From NCBI GenBank assembly GCA_964016885.1, contig OZ024747.1:59892001-59956000 (forward strand): DNA of 64,000 bases, given 5' to 3'. Position 1 is the stretch's first letter. Every line of letters begins with the position of its first letter. Positions 51,840 to 64,000 of the stretch are shown here, one piece after another. The notes beneath the pieces are model-generated. The model was not told the origin of the DNA. It was given only the letters and a program-made list of their open reading frames with translations, and did not search any database. This stretch comes from Eledone cirrhosa (taxonomy: Eukaryota). Both the position numbers and the translations under genes were made by a program.

Positions 51840-51921
51840 ACATGACATACCCTGAGATGTTAAATGGATACTACATTGATTAAATCTTAACCATTTAACA
51901 TCTCAGGGTATGTCATGTATC

Positions 51922-51984
51922 ATTATATTTTGTCTGATGAGGATGTACTGTTGTACATCCGAAATATGTATAATAAAATGTAAT
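51922..51984 (+). ncRNA. Minimal type I hammerhead ribozyme motif in the right arm of an inverted duplication
   Basis: attatattttgt-CTGATGA (51934-51940)-ggatgtac tgtt gtacatcc-GAAA-tatgta-TA-ataaaatgtaat. 12-bp stem I with two G-U pairs, perfect 8-bp stem II, self-complementary AUAUGUAU stem III, AUA triplet with cleavage after 51972. Confidence 0.9.
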
Positions 51985-52015
51985 TGATCAAAAGAACATC
52001 TATTTTATTAATACT

Positions 52016-52083
<68 letters not shown>

Positions 52084-52364
52084 GACTGATAAATTCACAA
52101 ACTGAATTAAAACAGGTAATCCGTTAAACATTGATTTTACTGAATTGATACAGTAGTAAATATTAAATATAACAGGTAATAATCAAATAATAATAAATTT
52201 ACAAATAGTTGCCTTGTTTTTGAAACAACAGCTGTTTCATTTCTTAGATAGAATTTTGTCACCATTACTTGTTTGATGTATGGGTGTTGTGTGTATGTGT
52301 ATGTGTCATGTGTGTGCATACTTATATATATACATATATTACAACACACACACACATATATGTA

Positions 52365-52410
<46 letters not shown>

Positions 52411-52436
52411 TATATATTACGCACACACACACACAC

Positions 52437-52480
<44 letters not shown>

Positions 52481-52494
52481 TACATATATATATA

Positions 52495-52628
52495 TTGGTT
52501 AACGTATGTTGATGCCCTAAGGACAGACACTGGTCGTGTTGGAGATGCAGGATATGGCAGCGATAATGAGGGACAGAGACCGCTGGAGAGAACTCGTCCA
52601 TGGATCTCGGGAATTTTACCCGCCTTAG
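52495..52628 (+). mobile_element. Short RTE-like LINE 3' end inserted in a TA microsatellite
   Basis: [11 protein letters not shown] then, after a frameshift, [28 protein letters not shown]; flanked by a direct repeat containing atttatattacatata. Confidence 0.7.
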
Positions 52629-52646
52629 ATATATATATATTTATAT

Positions 52647-52687
<41 letters not shown>

Positions 52688-53022
52688 ACATACATATATA
52701 TATACACACACATACCTTATTGTTTATCTCTGTACATACAGTCTCTTACATCCTCTAAACCCCAGTAAAACAACATAAATCATAAAATTTTCCCTGATAC
52801 TTTTCGTTAATTCTTTAATTTTAAACATGTATATTCCAAAACTGTTTCCTATCACATTAAACCAATGTTTTTGACTCTTAATTCAATCCATTACTGTGTA
52901 AATTGTCTCTGCTATTACTCTCTGGTTAGATCATATCAATGCTGCAATATATATATATATATATAAAGATATACACACATATATACATACATTCATATAT
53001 ATATATATATATATATATACTT

Positions 53023-53072
<50 letters not shown>

Positions 53073-53172
53073 TTACACATATATATATATATATATACTT
53101 ACATATATATATATACACATACATATATATATATATACTTACACATATATATATATATATACTTATATATAT

Positions 53173-53243
<71 letters not shown>

Positions 53244-54052
53244 CATACATATATATATATATATATACATACACATACACGTATATATATATATATATAT
53301 GTGTATATATATATATATATGTGTTCTTGTAATTGTTGTTGTCTCTGCACGTCATATGTTATGTTTACTAAACTGTTTCTGTCATTTCTCCAGCTATTAG
53401 ATCATATCAATGCTACAAGCTATCTAGCTATATGATGGTTAGCGTTGTTGTTGCTGTTGTTATTATTGTTGTCTTCTCACTTCAAATGTTATAAATACTG
53501 ATTGCATAACAATACAAATTTATATCAGAATAGGATTTTACATATTAATCTATGAATTCATATATTTTATTGATGATTTCTTTATGTGTTTGTGTGTTAC
53601 TGTTGGAATATGTTCCAACCAATTGAAAGCACACAGCTGCATTGCTTAGTGTGAGGGATTAAAAGAAGAAGAAGCTCTTAGAATGCAGAATTATCGTGAA
53701 CATCTTTAAAAGGCTTTCTATGAAAACAAAAACACTACATATTCCTGCGTATATCTGTGCAATTATAAAAGCCATATACACATACCACGTACCACACACA
53801 CATTAGGCTTGTGGTTGCGTCTACATGTGTATGTATATATGTATGCATGTGAGTCTGTGTGTATGTATATGTACATATATATATATATATATATACGTGT
53901 ATATATATATATATGCATATATATATATATATATATTTGCACATGAAAAATGATGTACATCATCATCATCATCATCGTTTAATGTCCATCTCCCATGCTT
54001 GCATGGGTTTGGACGGGACCCATATATGTATATATATGAGCATTTGTGTATA

Positions 54053-54356
54053 TCATCATCATCATCATCATCATCATTTCATTTTACGTCCGCTTTTTCC
54101 CTGCTTGCAAGGGAACTGATTCTGGCTTGATTTCTACAGCTGGATGCCCTTCGTAACACCAACCTCATTTACAGTGAGTGCTGGGTGCTTTTTTGCCGTG
54201 GCACCTCCACGACCACTTTTCTACAGCTGACTAAACTGGAGCAATGTGAAATAAAGTGTCTTGCTCAAGGAAACAACACATCACCCGGTCTGAGAATTGA
54301 ACTCACAACCTTTCGATTGCAAGGCCAATGCTCTAACCACTAAGCTATGTGCCTCC
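54053..54356 (-). mobile_element. SINE family B copy, internally deleted
   Basis: Family B head, CORE and tail with two deletions; TA-rich flanks. Confidence 0.85.
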
Positions 54357-54373
54357 ATATATATATATATATA

Positions 54374-54405
<32 letters not shown>

Positions 54406-54485
54406 GTATATATGTGTGTGTGTGTGTATGTATATGTATGTGTATATATATGATTACATATATAATGTATGTGTATGTATGTATG

Positions 54486-54518
<33 letters not shown>

Positions 54519-54789
54519 ATTCGTATGCGCAAACAAGAATCATAAAAAATGCATCACAAAACAAAAGACAAGATTGAGTAAAAGATTAAGACCAGAAAGA
54601 AGAGGAGGCATAAAAGCGAACAGATTGTCATTGAGGAGGTCACAGAATTTGTGACAAAATAACTTTAACGAACTACCGAATAACTAGTTAAAGTGAACAA
54701 AGTAAAAATCATATGGTGCCTGTGTTTCTTTCTATTGGCAATACTGGCAACATGTCAGTATATATAGGATTTATTTTGATCAATACAGA

Positions 54790-55297
54790 ATAATTGTTTC
54801 TACTTTTGGCACAAGGCCAGCAATTACCCCAAAGCATTACTGGTACTTTATTTTATCCACTGTCCTTAATAATAATTTCTGATTTAGGTACAAGGCCAAC
54901 AATTTTGGAGGAGAGGAAAGTTGATTCAATCAACCCCAGTGCATTACTGGTGCTTTATTTTATTGACCCCGTAAGGATGAAAAGCAAAGTTAATCTCGGC
55001 GGGATTCAAACTCAAACCATAAATGGCTGCAACTCTATTCTACAAAGTATGGCGTCCTCCCCTCTATCAATACTGCCAATCCACCGCCTTACAATCTACC
55101 ACCATTACATAATTGTTTCTACTTTAGACACAAGGCCAGCAATTACCCAGTGTATTACTGGTACTTTATTTTATCAACCCCATAAGGATGAAAGGCAAAG
55201 TCAACCTCGGCGGGATTTGAACTCAATTCGTAAAGGGACGTAACTGTGCTACAAAGCATGGCGTCCGACCCTCTACCGATACTGCCAATCCACTGCC
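54790..55297 (-). mobile_element. Cluster of three SINE family A copies
   Basis: Family A core on the minus strand; 25-bp direct repeat ttacaatctaccaccattacataat flanks the last copy. Other dispersed family A copies at about 10965-11110(+), 22950-23155(-), 29930-30112(+), 46290-46480(-), 49272-49455(-), 55820-56042(+), with older ones near 6650, 9060, 24550, 25670 and 47450. Confidence 0.85.
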
Positions 55298-55329
55298 TTA
55301 CAATCTACCACCATTACATAATGATATTG

Positions 55330-55790
55330 ATCATATTGCCTGGTTATCATTCAATGCCAAAACAGTTGCACCTCTCTTCTCCGGACACATTTATTTAATT
55401 CTGTTGTCAGTCTTTCATGTATTGCATTGCATCTCTTCAACCAAAAGCCGCGGATCCTATCTAATCCAGGGGCTTCCAGTTTGGTGTCATGGCTACTTGA
55501 TTCTTCACATCATCTGTGTTTATGGTAATATCTCTTTGTATATTTCCTCCTCGCAATTCTGTCATGATGGTTTCTATCCACTTGGCATCCTTTCTATGCC
55601 TCATTGTGTTTCCCCATATTCCATTCCAGAACTGCTTGGCCTTATCAACATTAGGGATAGCATTCTTCCAAAGTGCAGAATTGTTTCATATTATTTTGGA
55701 ACAATCTATTCTTCTCACACTGTTTATTTCTATTTACATATCTCCTTATCTTCTGGCTTTTCAAGAGAATTCTCTATTTTAACTGTTCTA
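55330..55790 (-). mobile_element. Decayed R4/Dong-clade non-LTR retrotransposon fragment (region preceding RT)
   Basis: Minus-strand translation KIRRYVNRNKQCEKNRLFQNNMKQF...AKQFWNGIWG...DAKWIE...PNWK...LKRCNAIHERL matches the R4/Dong pattern FW..IW...W...PNWKAPG.D...FWLK. Confidence 0.75.
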
Positions 55791-56689
55791 TTACTGTATG
55801 GAATAATTATTATTATCATCAGCAGTGGATTAGCAGTATCAGTGGAGCGTCGGACAACATGCTTTGTGCCATGTAGTTATGGCTCTTTACGTTCTAAGTT
55901 CAAATCCCACTGAGGTTAGCTTTGCCGTTCATCCTTATGGTGTTGATAAAATAAAGTACCAGTTATGAAGTGGGGTCGATTTAATTGACTTTCTTATTCC
56001 TCAAAATTGCTGGCCTTGTGCCTAAATCAGAAACCATTATTAGTATGATTACTACTGAGATGGTCATGGAGACAGAATCCTGAGATATGCCGTCCATACT
56101 ATAGGTCAAATCTATAGATTTTTAGGTATCATTCCATGTGTAAACTAATTCAAATTAATTAGATACTTCTGTAAACCATGTTGTGATTAATCATCCATAA
56201 ATATATATAATCACATATTTAATGTAGACTAAGTAATATATCAAGATGTGACAATAGATAGAAAGTAGGAGGTGATTTTGTAGATAACTTATCTCTTCAA
56301 TGAGTGGTTAAATATTTCATATCTCTGTTGTATATCATAGTATATGATGGAGGCATTACAGTGTAATAGCCAGTGTTACTTACATATTGACAAACTGTTA
56401 GATAAACATAGTATAATGTAGCTATAGTATAGCTATAGTGGATGGGTGATGTGTTGGTGTAATGGTAGCACAGTGGTCTGGATAATAAAAGATGTGGGTT
56501 CGACTCCCATGTACGTCAATACTCATCATTTTCCATTTTTTAGAGGGTTCTAAACCCCACTATCAGGCTAAAATTTCTTTAGTAAAAAATATGGCGAAAG
56601 CTTCTATTTCTACTAAATTTCAAACTGCTCGCTGTTTAAAAAAAAACTTACTTGTAGTAGATACTTATGTATTGATAAACTGTATAGTG

Positions 56690-57970
56690 TAGTAGTGTTA
56701 CTTACATATTGATAATCTGCATAGTGTAGCTATAGTATAACTATAGTGTATATATAGTGTTAGTTACATATTGATAGACTGTATAGTGTAGTAAATAATG
56801 TATAGATAGTGTTTGTTACATATTGATAGACTGTATAGTATAGCTATAGTGTATAGATAGTGTTAGTTAAATATTGATAGACTGTATAGTATAGCTATAG
56901 TGTAGTAGATAGTGTTAGTAACATATTGATAGACTGTATAGTATAGCTATAGTGTAGTAGGTAGTATTAGTTACATATTGATAGACTATAGTATAGCTAT
57001 AGTGCAGTAGATAGTATTAGTTACATATTGATAGACTGCATAGTATAGCTATAGTGTAGTAGATAGTGTTAGTTACATATTGATAAACTTTATAGTATAG
57101 CTATAGTGTAGTAGATAGTATTACTTACATATTGATAAACTATATAGTATAGCTATAGTGCAGTAGATAGTATTACTTACATATTGATAAACTATATAGT
57201 ATAGCTATAGTGCAGTAGATAGTGTTAGTTACATATTGACAAACTTTATAGTATAGCTATAGTGTAGTAGATAGTATTACTTACATATTGATAAACTATA
57301 TAGTATGGCTATAGTGCAGTAGATAGTGTTAGTTACATATTGATAAACTTTATAATGTAGTAGATAGTATTACTTACATATTGATAGACTATAGTATAGC
57401 TATAGTGTAGTAGATAGTATTACTTACATATTGATAAACTATATAGTATAGCTATAGTGTAATAGATAGTATTACTTACATATTGATAAACTATATAGTA
57501 TAGCTATAATGCAGTAGATAGTATTAGTTACATATTCATAGATTTTAGTAGTATAGCAATAGTGTAGTAGATAGTATATAGATAGTATTAGTTACATATT
57601 CATAGATTTTATAGCATAGCTATAGTGTAGTAGATAGTATTAGTTACATAGTGATAGACTATAGAGTATAGCTATAGTATAGTAGATAGTATTACTTACA
57701 TATTGATAGACAGTATAGTATAGCTATAGTTATAGTGTTAGTTACATGTTGAGAGACTGTATAGTATAGTAGATAGTATTAGTTACATATTGATAGACTG
57801 TATCGTATAGTATCGTAGTATTACTTACATATTGATAGACAGTAAAGTATAGCTATAGTTATAGTGTTAGTTACATGTTGAGAGACTGTATAGTATAGTA
57901 GATAGTATTTGTTACATATTGATAGACTGTATCGTATAGTATCGTAGTATTACTTACATATTGATAGACT
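56690..57970. repeat. 50-52-bp diverged minisatellite
   Basis: Unit atagtatagctatagtgtagtagatagtattagttacatattgatagact(gt); an isolated unit at about 56370-56440. Confidence 0.9.
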
Positions 57971-58701
57971 TAGTGAAAGGTAGTGTAGTGTAACCATCGT
58001 TGAGTTGAAATAAAATATGATTGCAGTGTACAGTCCACATCTTTGTAGTTTTAGCTGGCCTCCTATGAGGTTGTATCTCATAAGAGAGATTTGGTGGGTG
58101 TTTCAAATGAAAAACTACTAGTCCTGTCATTAAAAGCAACATGAAATGAAGCATCTTGCTCAAGAACAGAACAGAACATGCTGCCTGGTCTATGAACCAA
58201 TCCCATGATCTTCAGAGTAGAGTTTAGTCAAAGAAAACCTAGAATTATCTATCACAACACATTTTAATCAGATTTATCATCATCATCATTGTCATCATTG
58301 TAAAATCTGTCCAGGTATCCTTTCCTTAGACATTCTGACCACATGTCTGTAGTGTCAGAGCTGTGATCACTCTATTCAGAATAGTAATGGCTCTACCTGG
58401 AGCAACCCCCTTCTCACTGAGTTACACACTCTATCAAGTAACGTTACTCCAAAGACCCTTCAGAGAAATCACATTTCGGCCTCAAATATTCATAATTATA
58501 TTCTTTTGGTCATTACCCAAGATTCATGACCATAGGTAAGGGTTGGATCAGCTCTTGCAATTCTTGCACTTAATTCAGCCTCATCCAAGATATTTGAACT
58601 TCTCCACCTGCTTCAGAGGAACTCCATTCACATGTAGAGTGCACTTCTCCAATTTACTTTATTAAACATTACAACTTCCTCTATCTATTTCTATTTGACA
58701 G

Positions 58702-58831
58702 CAAGAAAGACGTTTGGACCTTGTAACCATCACACATCCAGCTAACTTAAACAATCCTCATAAACAAAGGATGGTATTTATAACTGCCCGTGTCCATCCT
58801 GGAGAGACACCATCATCACTTGTCTGCCAAG
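58702..58831 (+). CDS. AGBL4: Next coding exon (130 nt) of cytosolic carboxypeptidase 6-like gene, contains the zinc-binding HxxE motif
   Basis: Acceptor tttgacag|C and donor CAAG|gtaaat. Translates QERRLDLVTITHPANLNNPHKQRMVFITARVHPGETPSSLVCQ(G); ARVHPGE is the M14 CCP zinc-ligand motif. Phase 0 start continues the 20030-20246 exon in frame. Not listed in the ORF track. Confidence 0.95.
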
Positions 58832-59319
58832 GTAAATGTCATTTATTGTATTCAATATAATTTCTCACCATTTCCTTCTTAGAATCTATTATTATACTTC
58901 ATCACCCTCTTTATTATCATTTTCTCATTAATCAACAATTTGGATAATATGTTTATCTGGAGGGGATATAAATTTGAAATCTCACCTTTGTCTTGCACAC
59001 CAATACTATTCTTGTTTGCTCTCACTTATCTGAATATAAATAGCAAATCTAAAGAAATTTCGTTATTCCTTATCACAAAAAAAATACCATAATCAATGAT
59101 AAAACTGGATTATTTTTTATAGGAAACTATTTAGATTCAGTCTCTTCATTATTAAATTACTGAATTGAGTGTCACATCTATATTTTCTCAATCTTGGTTC
59201 ATGAAAATATTTTTGTCAGATGACTTTCCCCATTCAAATTTAATGTCTAATTTGGGAATTACTTCCTCATCTTGTATTTTTTTAAATAAATAGTCTTAAC
59301 TTGCCATTCTCACAGCTAT

Positions 59320-60120
59320 TAGCTTTCTCTACTCATAACTAAGATATTACTTAACTTTTTCAATCATAGCTAGAATATGGTAGTCCTCTACTCTTAGTTA
59401 AGATGTATGTTAACTTTCTTTGTTCACCACTAAAATCTTATTCCTTAATTTTACTTATAACTAAGATATATGTTAGAGTTCTCTACTCTTAGCTGAGATA
59501 TGTTAGCATGCTCTGCTCATCTACACATAGCTAAGATATATGGTAGTTTTTCTTTTCTAAATTCCTCTTCCTATAGTTAAGCTATATCTCCTTATAGTTT
59601 TCTTTTCATAATTAGGATGTATGTCAGCAGCTTTTGCTCATAACTAAAATATATCCTCTTAGATTCCTTTTCTCGTGGCTGATAGATACTCATCTGCCTC
59701 CTCTTCTCATAGCTAAATTATATGTTAGCTCCATCTACCCATAATTAAATCATATCATAGCTCCTTCTACCTATGACTAAGGTATATCTTAGCTCCATCT
59801 ATCCATACCTAAGTTATTTGTTAGCTCCTTCTACCTATAATTAAGATATATATTAGCTTCTGCTACCCATTGCTAAGATATGTGTTAGCTTGTACCTATA
59901 ATTAAGTTATATCTTAGCTCCTACCTATAGTTAAGATATATATTAGCTCCTTCTACCTATAATTAAGATATATATTAGCTCCTTCTACCCATTGCTAAGT
60001 TATATGTTCGGTTCTTCTCTTACAACTAAAGTAAACATCCTCCCTAGTTTCTTCTAGTCACAGCTAAGACGTGAATCCTTAGATGTCTTTTGTCATAACT
60101 AAGATACATCTTCTAAGTCA
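59320..60120. repeat. ~32-bp diverged minisatellite
   Basis: Unit ttagctccttctacctataattaagatatata, best preserved at 59700-60000. Confidence 0.8.
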
Positions 60121-60380
60121 TTCCTTCTCACTCTTAATACATAGTTTATCTTTAACAAGCAAAGTAACCCCTCACAACTTAAAGCTGAAATCATCATTGT
60201 CGTTTAATGTCCATTTTTCCATACTTGCATGGGTTAGACAGGTTGTCACATTGTGAAACAAGTCAGGTCAGGTGACCACATCCTACTCGTGTGAATTTGT
60301 ATTTTGGCTTGGTTCTATGGCAGGATACTCTTTCTAACATCAACTACGTTACAGTGTGGACTGAATACTTTGATATAAAG

Positions 60381-60530
60381 CAGTCATGGGCAACCTTTCT
60401 TGAGGAATAGGTTCATCATATGGCAGGCCTCACTACTAAAAAATTTCAAGGCAATTTTGAAATTCGGCATGTCATTCAGAAAGCCAAATGGGCTGCATGC
60501 TGCTTGCAGGTCATGATTTACCCATTACGG
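60381..60530. mobile_element. Decayed hAT-Charlie-like MITE
   Basis: cagtcatgggcaacct...gggctgcatgctgcttgcaggtcatgatttacccattac resembles CAGTGATGGGCAACCT...GGCCGCATG...TTTGCCCATCACTG ends. Confidence 0.5.
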
Positions 60531-62094
60531 GTATAAATATTTTATATGGAATTACAACAAGATCTCGTAAATAGACAAATTTTCCTCAGAAGTTGTGCAT
60601 AATTAATTAAATCCTGTACAAAATTCATATTATTGTATTGAAGGACCCTCAGCACGAAATATCAAATCAACCACAGCTGGAGTGAAACTAAGAATATAAA
60701 ACTATGCTACTAAACATTGAAAAGAATTTCTTTTGGTGGCACCATACTGTTTTTGTCAACTTATTATATTAACTGTAACATTATGTAGTCTTCTGGACAA
60801 AGATGACTATAATAGTATAATAGATTTCTTTAGTTTATCCCACACATTGCCTGCAACACTGTGTACACATTACCATAGAACTAATTAATAAATGCTGTTT
60901 CATTGATAACCCCTATTCCTATAATTTTGTCACATCTTTTGTTCATTTCTGTTGCCTCTAACTCCAAAATATGTCCCCCACTTCAAACCTCTTAATAGAT
61001 CACTCTTTCACTGTTACATGCCATTGTATAGGACTGATGACCTACATATGAAATTATGAAATGCTTCTGTTGAATTCTGTTATTGAAGCAGATCAATTTT
61101 AAATGGTATCCACAAATAACTCTATTATTATAGGAAACAGCCATAGGGATTTGACTACAATATCTTGGAGGTGGCTGGCTCTACCTATAAACATGGAAAT
61201 TACAGACTGTATATAGGCATTGTGATAGGAAACATAATTGATATCTTGCAAGTAATAACGCAATTCATGAACCAAGATATTTACAATGTAAAACTAGTTC
61301 CATTCAATAATTTGGTAATATTGACAATATTAAATTATCTACCATATAATTTTAGAAATAAATATTGCAATGAAACCTTATGGCAAGCTATTCCACACCA
61401 TAAAACCTATCTTGAAAATAAAAGTGTCACAGCTAATGAATAATTTCTCTACTCATTTCTATATTTTGTATATCAATGTTTGACATTAAGTCTCTAAATA
61501 TTGGTCAGTATCATTATTTATTAATTTATCTATTTATTCAATTTAAACATCCGTATAGAGCTAATAAGCCATGGCAGACTAGGAAAGTATTGAGTACTCC
61601 TTACAGGTTGGTAAACAAAAAAGGGGTAGTGAGACAAATAATAATTTTTAAAAAAATTTTAAAGGGGTAAAAACAAAAAAAATTTAAAGGGGAAAAAGTA
61701 TAAATAAAATTAAAATAAAAACTTCAAATATTGAAGGCCAATGTGGGTGGGGGCTGATTATTCATAAGAAAAGGGAAAGGAAAATAGGAAAGAAGGGAAG
61801 CTGTAAAACAGAAGTTTCTGTTGTTGAATCTTTTTGTAGTTTCCATGTACTCAAAGATTTTGTTTATATTTGGTAGACCAGTAATCATATATTGAACTTC
61901 CAATCTTGGTAGTTTTTTAAAGGTTGGTTTACTAAACATTTATACAAAGGTTCTTTCTTAACAATATATATAATGTAGAAAAGTGACACACAAGTTGATA
62001 TTTATAAACAAATAGTAAAAAGGAAAAAAATACAGAAGAAAATTTGGAAGGATTTTTTCAGTATAATATCAAAACATTATATATATATATATAG

Positions 62095-62373
62095 TCTTTG
62101 TTCAAGAAAACTTCACTGGTATGAACATGTGATGCACATGGAGGATGACGGCTGGATAAAGAAGTGCCAAGAAATCCCAGTGGAAGGAAGACACAGTAGA
62201 AGAAGACTACGAAAATCATGGTTGGAGGTGGTAAGAGCTGACCTCAGATCGCTGGAGCTCACAGAGGAGATGACGATGAAGGACCAAGACGAATGGAGAG
62301 ATGCTGTGCTGAAAAGGACCAGCCCACTCTTACAACCAGGGAAAAGCGGACATAAAATGATGTGATGATAATG

Positions 62374-62375
<2 letters not shown>
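62095..62375 (+). mobile_element. RTE-clade LINE 3' fragment
   Basis: LHWYEHVMHMEDDGWIKKCQEIPVEGRHSRRRLRKSWLEVVRADL...DQDEWRDAV is the RTE C-terminal WYGHVMR...GRPRKTW pattern; ends cagggaaaagcggacataaaatg(atg)n. Confidence 0.9.
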
Positions 62376-62406
<31 letters not shown>

Positions 62407-62459
62407 CACAATGATATTAAATAAATGGAAACTATATTTATAAAACCATATTTATTTTT

Positions 62460-62680
62460 TGTACTTTGGGAGGGTCATGTTGCCAATAAGAAACACACGC
62501 ACCAGTGCTTTCACTCCAATTTATTATCAATTAAAAAATTTAAAAAAAATTTAAAAAAAAAAATTTTTTTTTTAAATTTATAAATTTCTGGGTGGTTGGT
62601 TGGTTCCACAACCAGACGGTTCATATATTGTCAAAGTTCTTTCGTTACACATTCTGTGACCTCTTCAGTGACTGGGGATT
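62460..62680 (-). mobile_element. Hammerhead-bearing repeat family, decayed copy (second copy at 54620-54765, + strand)
   Basis: Minus strand gtca-CTGAAGA-ggtcacagaatgtgtaac-GAAA-gaac-TT-tgac at 62630-62672. Homologous gtca-TTGAGGA-ggtcacagaatttgtgac near 54627. Both are followed by tggtgc.tgtgtttctt...ttggcaa. Confidence 0.6.
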
Positions 62681-62824
62681 CTTTTCTTATATTTTATTTT
62701 ATTATATATATTGCAAGGGTTCCAAGACAGATTGGTACGCTTTCATCAGATAAAATACAAAGTTTGTTTTATAAATAGAGACATACCCATGAAAATCATA
62801 CCTTATCGGTTGGAAATTCACTGG

Positions 62825-62857
<33 letters not shown>

Positions 62858-63476
62858 CATACATATATAGTGCTGGCTAAAAAACTATAAATATATTTCA
62901 TTACATTGAAATAAAACAGTACACACTAGTAACATACTAAAATTTCACTTCTTAGTTTCATTCCAGTTAAGAAATTTGTGATAAATAGGAAAGTCAAAGT
63001 ATATTCTTATATTGAGTGTTGTTGTTGTCACTATTGATGCTGTTGCTTTCCTAGAAGAGGTGGTGGTGATGGGGGAGGTACTTAATATTCTTTATGAAAA
63101 AATAAAAAAAAAATTTTTTTTTTAAAGTCAATTTTTAATTCCCCATGTGAATTAGTTGCCATTAAAGATATGTTAAGTGTAGCATGGAGGAATAAATTTG
63201 TAATTTCTATAAAAGTTTCATTGACTTTATGAACTGAGTATAACTTTGTAAACAATACTGTGTGTGTGTATATATATATGTGTGTATATATATATGTGTG
63301 TGTGAGTGTATGTATATGTGTGTGTATGTATATGTGTGTGTGTGTATATATATATGTGTGTGTGTGTATGTATATATATATATATATGTGTGTATGTATA
63401 TATATATGTGTGTATGTGTATGTATATATATATATGTATGTGTGTATGTATATATATATATGTATGTGTGTATGTA

Positions 63477-63509
<33 letters not shown>

Positions 63510-64000
63510 ATCTATAAAACAATGTTATATATATATATGTGTGTGTGGATGTATATATGTGTGTGTGTGTATTTATATATGTGTGTGTGTGTGTGTATGT
63601 ATATATATATGTGTGTGTGTGTATGTATATATGTGTGTGTGTATGTATATATATGTATGTGTGTGTGTATGTATATATATGTATGTGTGTGTATGTATAT
63701 ATATGTGTGTGTGTATGTATATATATATATATGTGTGTATGTATGTATATATATGTGTGTGTGTGTGTATATATATGTGTGTGTGAGTATATATGTGTGT
63801 GTGTGTATGTATATATGTGTGTGTGTGGATGTATATATATATGTGTGTGTGGATGTATATATATATGTGTGTGGATGTATATGTGTGTGTGTGTATATAT
63901 ATGTGTGTGTGTATATATGTGTGTATGTATGTATATATGTGTGTATGTATGTATATATGTGTGTGTGTGTATGTATATATGTGTGTGTGTGTATATATAT

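Larger units (their letters stand above)
51646..52018. mobile_element. Fold-back Penelope-like non-autonomous element (~125-bp arms, 23-nt spacer) in (TA)n
   Basis: 51743-51867 and 51891-52018 are reverse complements (one substitution, one 3-bp indel). About 95 bp of unique sequence lies on the left only; (TA)n on both sides. Confidence 0.75.
20247..58701 (+). other. 38,455-bp phase-0 GT-AG intron of the AGBL4-like gene
   Basis: The flanking exons join as ...LCLTV|QERRLDL..., colinear with CCP6 with no missing residues apparent. No intervening exon was found. Confidence 0.85.

Noticed and set aside
52939-53400. YI/CV-repeat ORFs here and throughout the window
   Set aside because: Translations of (TA)n/(TG)n microsatellites.
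61165-61443. 92-aa non-repetitive ORF as the next AGBL4 exon
   Set aside because: No similarity to the expected next CCP6 segment (PMLNPDGV motif) or to any family I recognise.

Overview
AT-rich, microsatellite-dense animal genomic DNA, most likely an octopod cephalopod (inferred from the SINE/LINE families and abundant (TA)n, (CA)n and (ATC)n tracts). The only host coding sequence I can support is two + strand exons (20030-20246 and 58702-58831) of a cytosolic carboxypeptidase 6 / AGBL4-like tubulin deglutamylase (M14 family, RVHPGE zinc motif). They are joined by a 38,455-bp phase-0 GT-AG intron, so the whole window is probably intragenic. The rest is two tRNA-derived SINE families, RTE, CR1 and R4/Dong LINE fragments, mariner-, piggyBac- and hAT-like MITEs, two ~4-kb minisatellites (35-bp and 39-bp units) and many smaller tandem repeats. 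Almost all long ORFs in the supplied track are microsatellite artefacts. The most interesting signal is a set of sequence-unrelated, short non-coding elements in or beside (TA)n tracts that carry minimal type I hammerhead ribozyme folds: near-intact at 15.7 kb (-), 26.95 kb (+) and 51.8/51.95 kb (both strands), decayed at 48.8, 54.6 and 62.65 kb. They occur as fold-back inverted duplications or a 1.3-mer direct repeat, and several share a downstream ACTC...TTGAGT stem-loop. They look like non-autonomous Penelope-like/retrozyme-like elements. All assignments were made by eye; no database searches or folding software were run.
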